Below, piece by piece: positions 56,764-64,000 of a DNA stretch of 64,000 nt. Below the pieces are notes generated by a model. It was not told the origin of the DNA. It did not search any database and saw only the letters and a list, made by a program, of their open reading frames with translations. The stretch comes from an uncultured Desulfobacteraceae bacterium. GTDB lineage: Bacteria > Desulfobacterota > DSM-4660 > Desulfatiglandales > HGW-15. Position numbers and translations under genes: made by a program. The stretch is taken from contig CAZFMX010000008.1 of NCBI GenBank assembly GCA_964520425.1, positions 2,314 to 66,313 on the forward strand, given 5' to 3'. Every line of letters starts with the position of its first letter. Position 1 is the first letter of the stretch.

Positions 56764-57207
56764 AACCACGATCTTCTGCGAAAAATGATATTTATGATCC
56801 CCGAGATCGTCGTCATTCTGGGTGCCGGTGTTCTTTTGTTCAAAGTCCCGATTCGGGGAAGTATCTTCTCGATCCTCATCCTATCTTTTCTTGGGTCTTT
56901 TTCCTTCGCTGGACTTGGATTACTGGTGGCCTGCCGGGTGCGGAAACTGGAAACCGTCTCAGGACTTATGAACCTGATTATGCTCCCCATGTATTTACTG
57001 TCAGGCGTCTTTTTTCCCCCGGAACGTTTCCCCCAAATAATGCAGATCCCGATACAGGCCCTCCCTTTGACTCAGTTCAATTATGCCCTGCATGCAGTCA
57101 TTCTTGATGGAATGTCTTTAGCCTCACAGGGATGGAGGCTGGGGGTCATTGCGGTTTGGGGCGGAATCTCTTTCCTTTTAACACTGCGCTGGTTTCGATG
57201 GAATTAA
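56764..57207 (+). pseudogene. C-terminal remnant of an ABC-2-type transporter permease
   Basis: Only the last ~140 aa (three TM segments; MNLIMLPMYLLSGVFFPPERFP, ALPLTQFNYALHAVIL) are present. An in-frame TGA sits at 56761, and no N-terminal half or ATPase gene lies upstream. Confidence 0.6.
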
Positions 57208-57231
57208 CGGTATATAAAGACCTCGCCACTT

Positions 57232-58119
57232 TTAGTCCCAGATGATGGTTTCCGGGAAAACAGTGGCGGTCAGGTTTTTTGCCAGCGTTCTTGGTATAAT
57301 CTTGGCCAGCTCTTCAGATGTCCAACTCGCTTCGTTCCGGACGATATCTCGCACAGCGGGTGGCTCAACATAAATTCCCACATGTCCTTTACGTACTTCG
57401 AAAATCTGGCCGTTGATATTTCCCGCCGGTTCACTGACAAGGTAGACCACCAGGCTGGCGACATCCTCGGGACGATTGACGGCCACTATAGGAATATGTT
57501 CTTTGGTTCCGCGCCAGGCGGCAATCGGGCGGATAGCGTTGACGGTGGTGCCATACTCGGCCATGTCCCTGGCGACGGTCCGAGTGAGACCGATGATGCC
57601 CTCCTTGGCCGCACTGTAATCCGCGAAACCTCTCCAGCCCAGCCCGGTGTGTGAAGCCGTATTGATAATCCTGCCGTATTTCTGTTTCTTCATATAAGAA
57701 CACGCTCGGCGTAAGGTGAAAAACATACCATAGAGATGGGTCTTGAGCACAAGATCCCAGTCCTCAAAGTGGACCTCATCGATATCCCTGGGATCCCGTA
57801 CAATACCGGCGTTGTTGACCAGGATATCGATACGTCCGAAATGTTCTATGGCGGTATCGATGACTACCGCTGCGCCTTCCTCGGTCGTCACCGTATCATA
57901 GTTGGCCACCGCCTCGCCCCCGGCATGGATGATTTCCTCGACCACCTTATCCGCTGGTGTCCTGGAAGAGCCGATTCCATCATATGATGTGCCGATATCG
58001 TTGACTACGATCTTGGCTCCTTGACGGGCCATCGCTAGGGCGTGGGCACGTCCGATACCGTTTCCAGCGCCAGTGATGACCGCGATCCTGTCTTTCAACA
58101 TGTTTCCCATGATATTCAC
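57232..58119 (-). CDS. SDR, MFE-2-type (3R)-hydroxyacyl-CoA dehydrogenase-like
   Basis: 295 aa. AVITGAGNGIGRAHALAMARQGAKIVVNDIG...ADKVVEEI...GRIDILVNNAGI...YSAAKEG closely parallels the dehydrogenase domain of multifunctional enzyme type 2. Confidence 0.75.
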   Translation of the reverse strand: MNIMGNMLKDRIAVITGAGNGIGRAHALAMARQGAKIVVNDIGTSYDGIGSSRTPADKVVEEIIHAGGEAVANYDTVTTEEGAAVVIDTAIEHFGRIDILVNNAGIVRDPRDIDEVHFEDWDLVLKTHLYGMFFTLRRACSYMKKQKYGRIINTASHTGLGWRGFADYSAAKEGIIGLTRTVARDMAEYGTTVNAIRPIAAWRGTKEHIPIVAVNRPEDVASLVVYLVSEPAGNINGQIFEVRKGHVGIYVEPPAVRDIVRNEASWTSEELAKIIPRTLAKNLTATVFPETIIWD

Positions 58120-58270
58120 CTCTTCTTTCTTAACTTTGATGAACCTTATGATCTGTCGTTAAATACAAATTTTCAAAAGATCATAAACAGAAATCCTTTT
58201 TCCCTAGTGTTTCATATCCTAATTTTTTTAACCTAAACGCCAAATGCGGTATGGTCTGTTCTCGAAAGAC

Positions 58271-58459
58271 GATATCTCAAAAAAAATCCACTGAACTTCC
58301 TGTGATCTGAACTTTGAGAGTTTAAGCGGTCGTTCTTTCTAAGCGAGCTATACATTTTGCCATGAGTTCCGGGGTTTACCCCCCCGGGGTGCACCCCGGG
58401 GCGTTCTCCCTCAAAGTTCGGATCACGGCGGGATTTAGTGGAACTCTCTTTGAGATATC
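58271..58459. repeat. Family-E long-hairpin element
   Basis: About 50-bp imperfect inverted arms (GATATCTCAAA...GTGATCTGAACTTTGAGAG / CTCCCTCAAAGTTCGGATCAC...TTTGAGATATC). They surround a core with a perfect 20-nt palindrome CCCCGGGGTGCACCCCGGGG (58382-58401). Confidence 0.6.
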
Positions 58460-58701
58460 GTATTGAGGGAATGGTCCGTGCCTTATCTTTTATTTGATCC
58501 GCGAATATATAATCTAGGAAATTAGTCTTTGTCCCCTGCAAGTAACTTCAAAGTTTAATCATTTAAGGCTATCCCCCTTTACAGTATCCTCACTAAATAT
58601 GTGATCTTCGACCAGCATCTGCATTGAACTCGTTATAGAGTTTATAAGAGAACTTGACATAAATGTAAAGATTTTAGACTATAAAGATGACTAGTTTGAA
58701 A

Positions 58702-58834
58702 AGATCCTGATCCACCATCAAGATGTCATTTGCTGTGTTGCCTTCGGTCGCTTCTCTTTGCGGCGTATTGTTTATACGCTTCAGTCGGCACTCCTCAGCG
58801 CCTTGCATCTAACACCTTGCTGGTGCCCAGGGAT
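58702..58834. repeat. Family-B long-hairpin MITE-like element, copy B2
   Basis: TCCTGATCCACCATCAAG...GGCGTATTGTTTATACGC...CTTGCTGGTGCCCAGGGA, homologous to 2578-2706. Confidence 0.7.
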
Positions 58835-58926
58835 TCCCAATATCTTTCACTATCATTGTATATGAAGAATTTTGATGATGGATTTTGAAAGACTTTATTC
58901 ATGAATGTAATACAAATGAGGCAAAT

Positions 58927-60750
58927 ATGAATAGACACAGCGGTAAATACTTAAAGGTCGATCTTAGCCGACGTGAAATTACCGAGGAACCCTATGACAA
59001 TACATTCGCGCGAATGTATTTGGGGGGGAACGGGTTTGCAGCAAAGCTCATTTTCGATACCGTCCCGGCGGAAGTAAACCCGTTAGATCCCGAAAACCTC
59101 ATTATCTTTTCAGTGGGTCCCCTTACCGACACACCGGTTTGGGGCACTAGTCGGGGGCACGTCGCCGCCATTTCACCCTTGACCGGATTGTTTGCCGATT
59201 CCAACTTTGGCGGAGATTTTCCCATTGCACTTAAAAGAACCGGTTTTATGGCCATACTTGTTATGGGTAAGGCTAAAGAACCCGTATATTTATCGGTTTC
59301 AGATGACGGTGTAAAGCTTGGTGACGCCTCATCAATCTGGGGACGGGTAACCGAAGAGACCAATAATATTCTTCAAAGAGAAATGGGTGAGGGATCGGTT
59401 TCCGCATCGATCGGACCGGCTGGGGAAAACGGTGTTCTATATGCCAATATCATCTTTGGCGGTAAACGGTCCGGAGCTGCGGGAAGAGGTGGTATGGGCA
59501 CCGTTATGGGAAGCAAAAACCTGAAAGCTATTGTGGTTAAGGGCAGTAGCAAAACCCATATTGCCCATCCGAATGATCTCAAAGTGTTTCTAAAAGAAAA
59601 ACTCGGCGAGTTAAAACAGAACAAAGGCGGAATGACACGTTTTGGAACAGCCGCACTGCCAAATATGATTCATGACAAAGGACTTCTCTGCGCCAGAAAT
59701 AATACGCGAGAGACTTTCAACAACTGGCAGGATATATCCGGTGATTTCTTTATTGAAAAATACAAAGGAAAATCGACTGCATGTTCAGGTTGTGTTATTG
59801 CCTGTGGAAAAACCATCGAAGTCGGAGAAGGAGAATTTACCGGAAAAACCGTTAAAATGCCGGAATACGAAACCCTATACGCCATGGGCTCAATGCTGGA
59901 TAATAATGATATTAATTCTATATTCAATGGGAACCATCTATGCGATCTCATGGGATTGGACACTATTACACTGGGCACTACATTAGCATTTGTGGCTGAG
60001 TGTATGGAAAAGGGCATTGTGACAGAAGCAGAGCTTGGCAGAAAGATCCTTTTTTCCGACGGCAAATCTATTGGTGATCTGGTAAAGAAAGTTGTCTCAA
60101 AAGAGGGTATCGGAAAACTTCTCGCACTGGGGTCATGGCGGCTTTCAGAACGATTCGGAAAAGATACCCATAAATACCTCTATGCTGTCAAGGGTATGGA
60201 AATCGCTGGACACTCGGCACGAGGTATTCGCGAAATGTCTTTGGGGTATTCCATCTCGACCCGTGGTGGAAGTCATCACGACACTCGGCCCTCATATCCC
60301 AATACGCATCCTGACCGGGGATTTGAGGGTATTGCTGAATATGTCGTTAAAAGTAATTATTTCACCACCATCGGGGACTCTCTGATCATATGTCGGTTTA
60401 TCGCCGAAGGTATGCTTAAACCACCTGCCGTCAGCAGCAGTATGGCGAAGCTGGTCAACCTTGTAACCGGCTGGGATATTGACGTTGATGGTCTGGAACA
60501 AATCGGAGAGCGCATATTCAACCTTGAAAGATCGATCAACGTAGCACGAGGGGTGAGTCGAAAGGATGACATTCTTCCCTTTCGTGTTATGAACGAACCT
60601 ATCCCGGACGGACCCTCAGAGGGACGGTATTGTCCAAAGGATAAACTCGATGCCATGCTTGATAAATACTATGCCCTTCGGGGTTGGTCTGAAGACGGTA
60701 TACCCACCAATGCTAAATTAATTGAACTCGGTTTGAATAGTATTGATTAA
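58927..60750 (+). CDS. Aldehyde:ferredoxin oxidoreductase, canonical type
   Basis: The ORF opens at 58885. I prefer Met15 at 58927 (MNRHSGKYLKVDLS). Motifs: GGNGFAAKLIF, GRGGMGTVMGSKNLKAIVVKG, CSGCVIACGK, PEYETLYAMGS, HLCDLMGLDTIT. Confidence 0.85.
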   Translation: MNRHSGKYLKVDLSRREITEEPYDNTFARMYLGGNGFAAKLIFDTVPAEVNPLDPENLIIFSVGPLTDTPVWGTSRGHVAAISPLTGLFADSNFGGDFPIALKRTGFMAILVMGKAKEPVYLSVSDDGVKLGDASSIWGRVTEETNNILQREMGEGSVSASIGPAGENGVLYANIIFGGKRSGAAGRGGMGTVMGSKNLKAIVVKGSSKTHIAHPNDLKVFLKEKLGELKQNKGGMTRFGTAALPNMIHDKGLLCARNNTRETFNNWQDISGDFFIEKYKGKSTACSGCVIACGKTIEVGEGEFTGKTVKMPEYETLYAMGSMLDNNDINSIFNGNHLCDLMGLDTITLGTTLAFVAECMEKGIVTEAELGRKILFSDGKSIGDLVKKVVSKEGIGKLLALGSWRLSERFGKDTHKYLYAVKGMEIAGHSARGIREMSLGYSISTRGGSHHDTRPSYPNTHPDRGFEGIAEYVVKSNYFTTIGDSLIICRFIAEGMLKPPAVSSSMAKLVNLVTGWDIDVDGLEQIGERIFNLERSINVARGVSRKDDILPFRVMNEPIPDGPSEGRYCPKDKLDAMLDKYYALRGWSEDGIPTNAKLIELGLNSID

Positions 60751-60877
60751 TGTCCAGCCAGAAAGAGGCAAATTCTGGATGGAGCGTTCAGCCAAGTATT
60801 TGATTTTAATTTTTTAGGCTGACAGCTGAATGCTGATAGCGTTCATCAAAAAACGAACGTTTTTGGATGGGCACTAA
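60751..60877. mobile_element. Family-F MITE-like element, copy F2 (internal deletion)
   Basis: Starts at the first base after the AOR stop. Left end TGTCCAGCCAGAAAGAGG, right end CAAAAAACGAACGTTTTTGGATGGGCACTAA. Same orientation as F1. Confidence 0.6.
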
Positions 60878-60931
60878 TTAAGTACCTTACCAATCTTTAA
60901 CTTCACAGTAATAAGAGGAGGTAACCCGACC

Positions 60932-62092
60932 ATGTCATCTATTTTTAATGTGCCCTCAACGATTATCGTCGGCGGCGGTGCTAGCGAAGAAGTAGGCACT
61001 CAAGCCAAAAGATTCGGTGCAAAGCGTATTCTGCTCGTAACTGACCCCTATATGGTGAATTGTGGTCTTGCCGGGCGTATTACTGATATCCTAAAACAGG
61101 AGGAAATTAGCGTAACCCTCTTTGGCGATGTTGAACCGGACCCGACAGACCGAAATGTTGCTGATGGTCTGTCGGCATTCCAGGGGGGCGATTGTGAAGC
61201 CATCGTTGGTCTTGGCGGTGGTAGCTCACTGGATTGCGCAAAGGCCATTTCAATCATGACAGCCAATGAAATGCCTATCAGCCAATACGCTGGTCTTCAT
61301 AAAATCCCTAACAAAGGTGTGCCTGTCATCGCCATCCCCACCACGGCCGGGACTGGTGCCGAGGTTACAAAGGTGACGATCATAGGCGATACCGAACGAG
61401 ATGTGAAAATGATGATGCTTGATATCAATATCATGCCGGATTGCGCGCTTGTTGATTACCAACTTACTATGAGCTGCCCGCCTGATCTGACGGCTAATGT
61501 CGGCATCGACACCCTAGTGCATGCGGTCGAGGCGTACGTATCTATTAAGGCCAATTCCATGACGGACCCAATCGCTCTTTCCGCTATCCGGCTGGTTTCC
61601 GAAAATCTCCTTACAGCTTTTAATGAACCAGATAATCAAAGGGCACGGGAGGGGATGATGATGGCATCGCTTCAGGGAGGTATGGCCTTTCCCAACAGCA
61701 GTGTGTGCCTTGTGCACGGAATGAGCCGGCCTATCGGCGCGCTCTATCATGTGCCCCATGGTCTCTCCAACGCGGTTTTATTTCCGGCTGTCACGGAATT
61801 CTCAATTTCCGGTGCTCCTCAGCGTTATGCGATAATTGCCAGGACTATGGGATACGCATCGGAAAATGATCCAGACGGTGTTGCCTGCAGTGCTCTAGTG
61901 GATGGTCTTAAAAAATTCAATGAAGATTTGAAGATTCCCCATCTGGGGGATGTTGTGGGTGTGGATCTGGCGACCTTTGATCAAAAAGTGGAAAAAATGG
62001 CTAATGACGGCATTGCATCCGGCAGTCCGAATAACAATCCCGTTGTTCCAACGGTTGCGCAGATAGTGGATCTTTATCACCAGGCCTGGTGA
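60932..62092 (+). CDS. Iron-containing (group III) alcohol dehydrogenase
   Basis: 386 aa with GLGGGSSLDCAKAI, IAIPTTAGTGAEVT and HGMSRPIGALYHVPHG. Confidence 0.9.
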   Translation: MSSIFNVPSTIIVGGGASEEVGTQAKRFGAKRILLVTDPYMVNCGLAGRITDILKQEEISVTLFGDVEPDPTDRNVADGLSAFQGGDCEAIVGLGGGSSLDCAKAISIMTANEMPISQYAGLHKIPNKGVPVIAIPTTAGTGAEVTKVTIIGDTERDVKMMMLDINIMPDCALVDYQLTMSCPPDLTANVGIDTLVHAVEAYVSIKANSMTDPIALSAIRLVSENLLTAFNEPDNQRAREGMMMASLQGGMAFPNSSVCLVHGMSRPIGALYHVPHGLSNAVLFPAVTEFSISGAPQRYAIIARTMGYASENDPDGVACSALVDGLKKFNEDLKIPHLGDVVGVDLATFDQKVEKMANDGIASGSPNNNPVVPTVAQIVDLYHQAW

Positions 62093-62100
62093 AATTTTGT

Positions 62101-62245
62101 TAATGCCCATCCAGAAGCGGCCTTTTTGAACAATCTCTGTGTCACACTCAGAATGTAATCCTCGAAATATTTCAATGTATTCCTGTGGTTACAATCTTCA
62201 CGTTCCTTGACCTTGTCCAAAAAATCTCTTTTCTGGATGGGCATT
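62101..62245. mobile_element. Family-F MITE-like element, copy F3 (perfect 16-bp TIRs)
   Basis: TAATGCCCATCCAGAA (62101-62116) and TTCTGGATGGGCATTA (62230-62245). Starts 8 nt after the ADH stop. Inverted relative to F1/F2. Confidence 0.7.
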
Positions 62246-62300
62246 AGTAACATAGAATATTTGGATCATCTCCGAATTAATTCACCCTCCGTAGTACCTG

Positions 62301-63842
62301 CTACACAGGATGGGTTGTCGCTGGAGTGCCTGGTTCAGAAAACTTGTCTCTCAGTACTCGTTTCAAGATTTTGCCCATTGTATTACGGGGCAGTTCGTCA
62401 ACCAGTTCAAAACGCGCTGGTACTTGATAATTGACCAAATTTGCTTGACAGTACTTCTTCAATTCACGGGTATCCAAATGGCTCTCAGGTACTACGACGG
62501 CGATGACTTTTTCTCCTCTCCTTTCGTCCGGAATGCCAATCACCGCTGATTCCCTTACTTGTATAAAGTTATTCAACACCCTTTCAACTATTGCAGGATA
62601 TACATTATAGCCGTCAGTAATGATAAGATCCTTTTCCCGTCCGACCAAAGTCAAAAAGCCGAACTCGTCGAGATAACCAAGATCCCCGGTAGAAAAGAAA
62701 CCTTCTTTATCAAACGCGCTTTCCGTCGCCGCCGGATTGTTCCAATAATGACTAAATAGGTTTTCGCTTCTTATCTTCACCTCTCCAACAGCCTTGTGAT
62801 TGTCTTTCCGAGTAGTCCCGGTGGCAAGTGTTCGTCCATCTTTGGCAACCAGCTTCATCTCTATACCATCCAGCGGCAAACCAACAGAGCCATGTGGAAA
62901 AGGACCATTCAATGGAAGACTGGTTATCACATGACTCTCGGTCATTCCATATCGGTTTATGAGTTGCTCATTGAGAATCGTTTCCAGTTCCGGCAACACT
63001 TCCGTTCGAATGGGCGCGGAACCACATGTAAAAAGCCTTGTTTTATTCCACTCTTTTGACTTCTTCTTGAATTCATGTCTTTTCAGGAATGCGTAATAGA
63101 TGGTTGGTACAGCCATGAAAACTGTCGCATCCTTGATTTTTTCCATGGTTTTAATTGGATGAAACTTCTCCTCTAGTATCATAGAAGCACCGGAAATGAG
63201 GGATAGATGAGTGGCAAAAGAGAGACCATGGATATGGAAAAGCGGAAGCACATTAAGCAGGGTATCTTCAGGAACGAACCTCCAACATGTTTTTAGATCA
63301 AGAAGACTCGAAGCCAGGTTCATGTGAGTGTGAACAACACCTTTAGGTCTCCCTGTTGTACCGGAGGAATAGAGCATGAAACAATTGTCCTCTACACCCA
63401 GATTCGGCTCTTTGAATTGCTTGGAATCATTCTTCACGATTGCTTCAGCAGGGCTGATAATTTCTCTCAGCTTTGGACAGCGGTCTTTTATCTGATTAAT
63501 CATAGAGGCTTGTTCGCCGGAAGCAAAAACGAAGCATGAGCCACTATCGTTGATAAAATAGAGCATTTCATTTTTTGTAAAACGGAAGTTTAACGGGAGG
63601 GATACACCACCGCTTAGAATGATTCCCAAATGAATGATGAGAAATGGTAGTTTTTCCGGTGTGTAGAGAATGACCCGATCACCTTTCTCTAATCCCTTGT
63701 CTTGAAGGAACGCGCCAATGCTCCGTGCCTTGTTTTCAAGCTGACCAAAAGTAAGAATTTCACCGTGGTAGATGATCGCTGGTTTGTCAGCATTCTTATC
63801 GAACTGATGTGAAAGGAGTTCGGCAAAACTCGACATTGTCAT
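62301..63842 (-). CDS. AMP-dependent acyl-CoA synthetase/ligase
   Basis: 513 aa with YSSGTTGRPKGV, TGDLGYLDEFGFLTLVGREKDLI and the C-terminal GKILKR. Confidence 0.85.
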   Translation of the reverse strand: MTMSSFAELLSHQFDKNADKPAIIYHGEILTFGQLENKARSIGAFLQDKGLEKGDRVILYTPEKLPFLIIHLGIILSGGVSLPLNFRFTKNEMLYFINDSGSCFVFASGEQASMINQIKDRCPKLREIISPAEAIVKNDSKQFKEPNLGVEDNCFMLYSSGTTGRPKGVVHTHMNLASSLLDLKTCWRFVPEDTLLNVLPLFHIHGLSFATHLSLISGASMILEEKFHPIKTMEKIKDATVFMAVPTIYYAFLKRHEFKKKSKEWNKTRLFTCGSAPIRTEVLPELETILNEQLINRYGMTESHVITSLPLNGPFPHGSVGLPLDGIEMKLVAKDGRTLATGTTRKDNHKAVGEVKIRSENLFSHYWNNPAATESAFDKEGFFSTGDLGYLDEFGFLTLVGREKDLIITDGYNVYPAIVERVLNNFIQVRESAVIGIPDERRGEKVIAVVVPESHLDTRELKKYCQANLVNYQVPARFELVDELPRNTMGKILKRVLRDKFSEPGTPATTHPV

Positions 63843-64000
63843 ACCTCACTCATCCCCTTTGACACTTATTGCTATGGTCTCCCATTACCACTCCAAAACC
63901 CTCCACGTCAACTTAAAACCCCAACAGCGTTCACCTTCATTTCACAGATGTTGTGGTCACTTTTCCGTTGACCCACAAGACGAATTTTTCTATATTCGGT

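Noticed and set aside
58233-58541. 102-aa minus-strand ORF
   Set aside because: It is a translation of the family-E hairpin and its GC palindrome, with no start context.
60861-62245. TGGATGGGCA motif read as a sigma-54 promoter or a transcription-factor operator
   Set aside because: GG/GC spacing does not fit TGGCAC-N5-TTGC. The motif proved to be the terminal inverted repeat of the ~145-bp family-F element, whose homology extends far beyond the motif.
1-64000. tRNA, rRNA, tmRNA, group II intron, retron/DGR reverse transcriptase, toxin-antitoxin pairs and known defence systems
   Set aside because: I looked for T-loop GGTTCGAATCC-type strings, RT motifs (YxDD) and small adjacent gene pairs, and found none. 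This is absence of evidence from reading by eye only.

Overview
This 64-kb window looks like a strictly anaerobic, Desulfobacterota/Syntrophia-like bacterium; that is inferred from gene content only. Bases 1-12 kb are a minus-strand housekeeping block: a class III cyclase (missed by the ORF track), gpmI, an M24 peptidase, a MerR regulator, and the classic thrS-infC-rpmI-rplT-pheS-pheT cluster. Bases 12-64 kb are accessory metabolism. They hold a rhodanese/MauE/DsbA trio and two divergent paralogues of an uncharacterised ~420-aa Pol-beta-type nucleotidyltransferase. They also hold a three-gene molybdenum hydroxylase whose FAD subunit is interrupted by a nested GltD-like NAD(P)H/Fe-S module, and an ADP-forming acyl-CoA synthetase next to a HAD-ECH fusion. 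Further along are a split MtvABC-like corrinoid methyltransferase set with a hybrid histidine kinase, and an ASST-like propeller with a cupin. The largest neighbourhood centres on aldehyde:ferredoxin oxidoreductase (AOR). It has three AOR paralogues, a polyferredoxin with a textbook C2H2 zinc finger, an FrdA-like flavoprotein with a 2Fe-2S-only partner, two SDRs, an Fe-ADH and an acyl-CoA ligase. Almost every large intergenic gap holds a long-hairpin MITE/REP-like repeat; I see five long-hairpin families, labelled A, B, D, E and F (no family C), plus short palindromic units. Family A shows strand-consistent G-U wobbles plus covariation, which suggests it works as RNA inside operon transcripts. 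Family F brackets the ADH gene in inverted orientation. I saw no tRNA or rRNA gene, CRISPR array, transposase, integrase or recognisable defence system. All functional calls come from reading motifs by eye, and no database search was possible.
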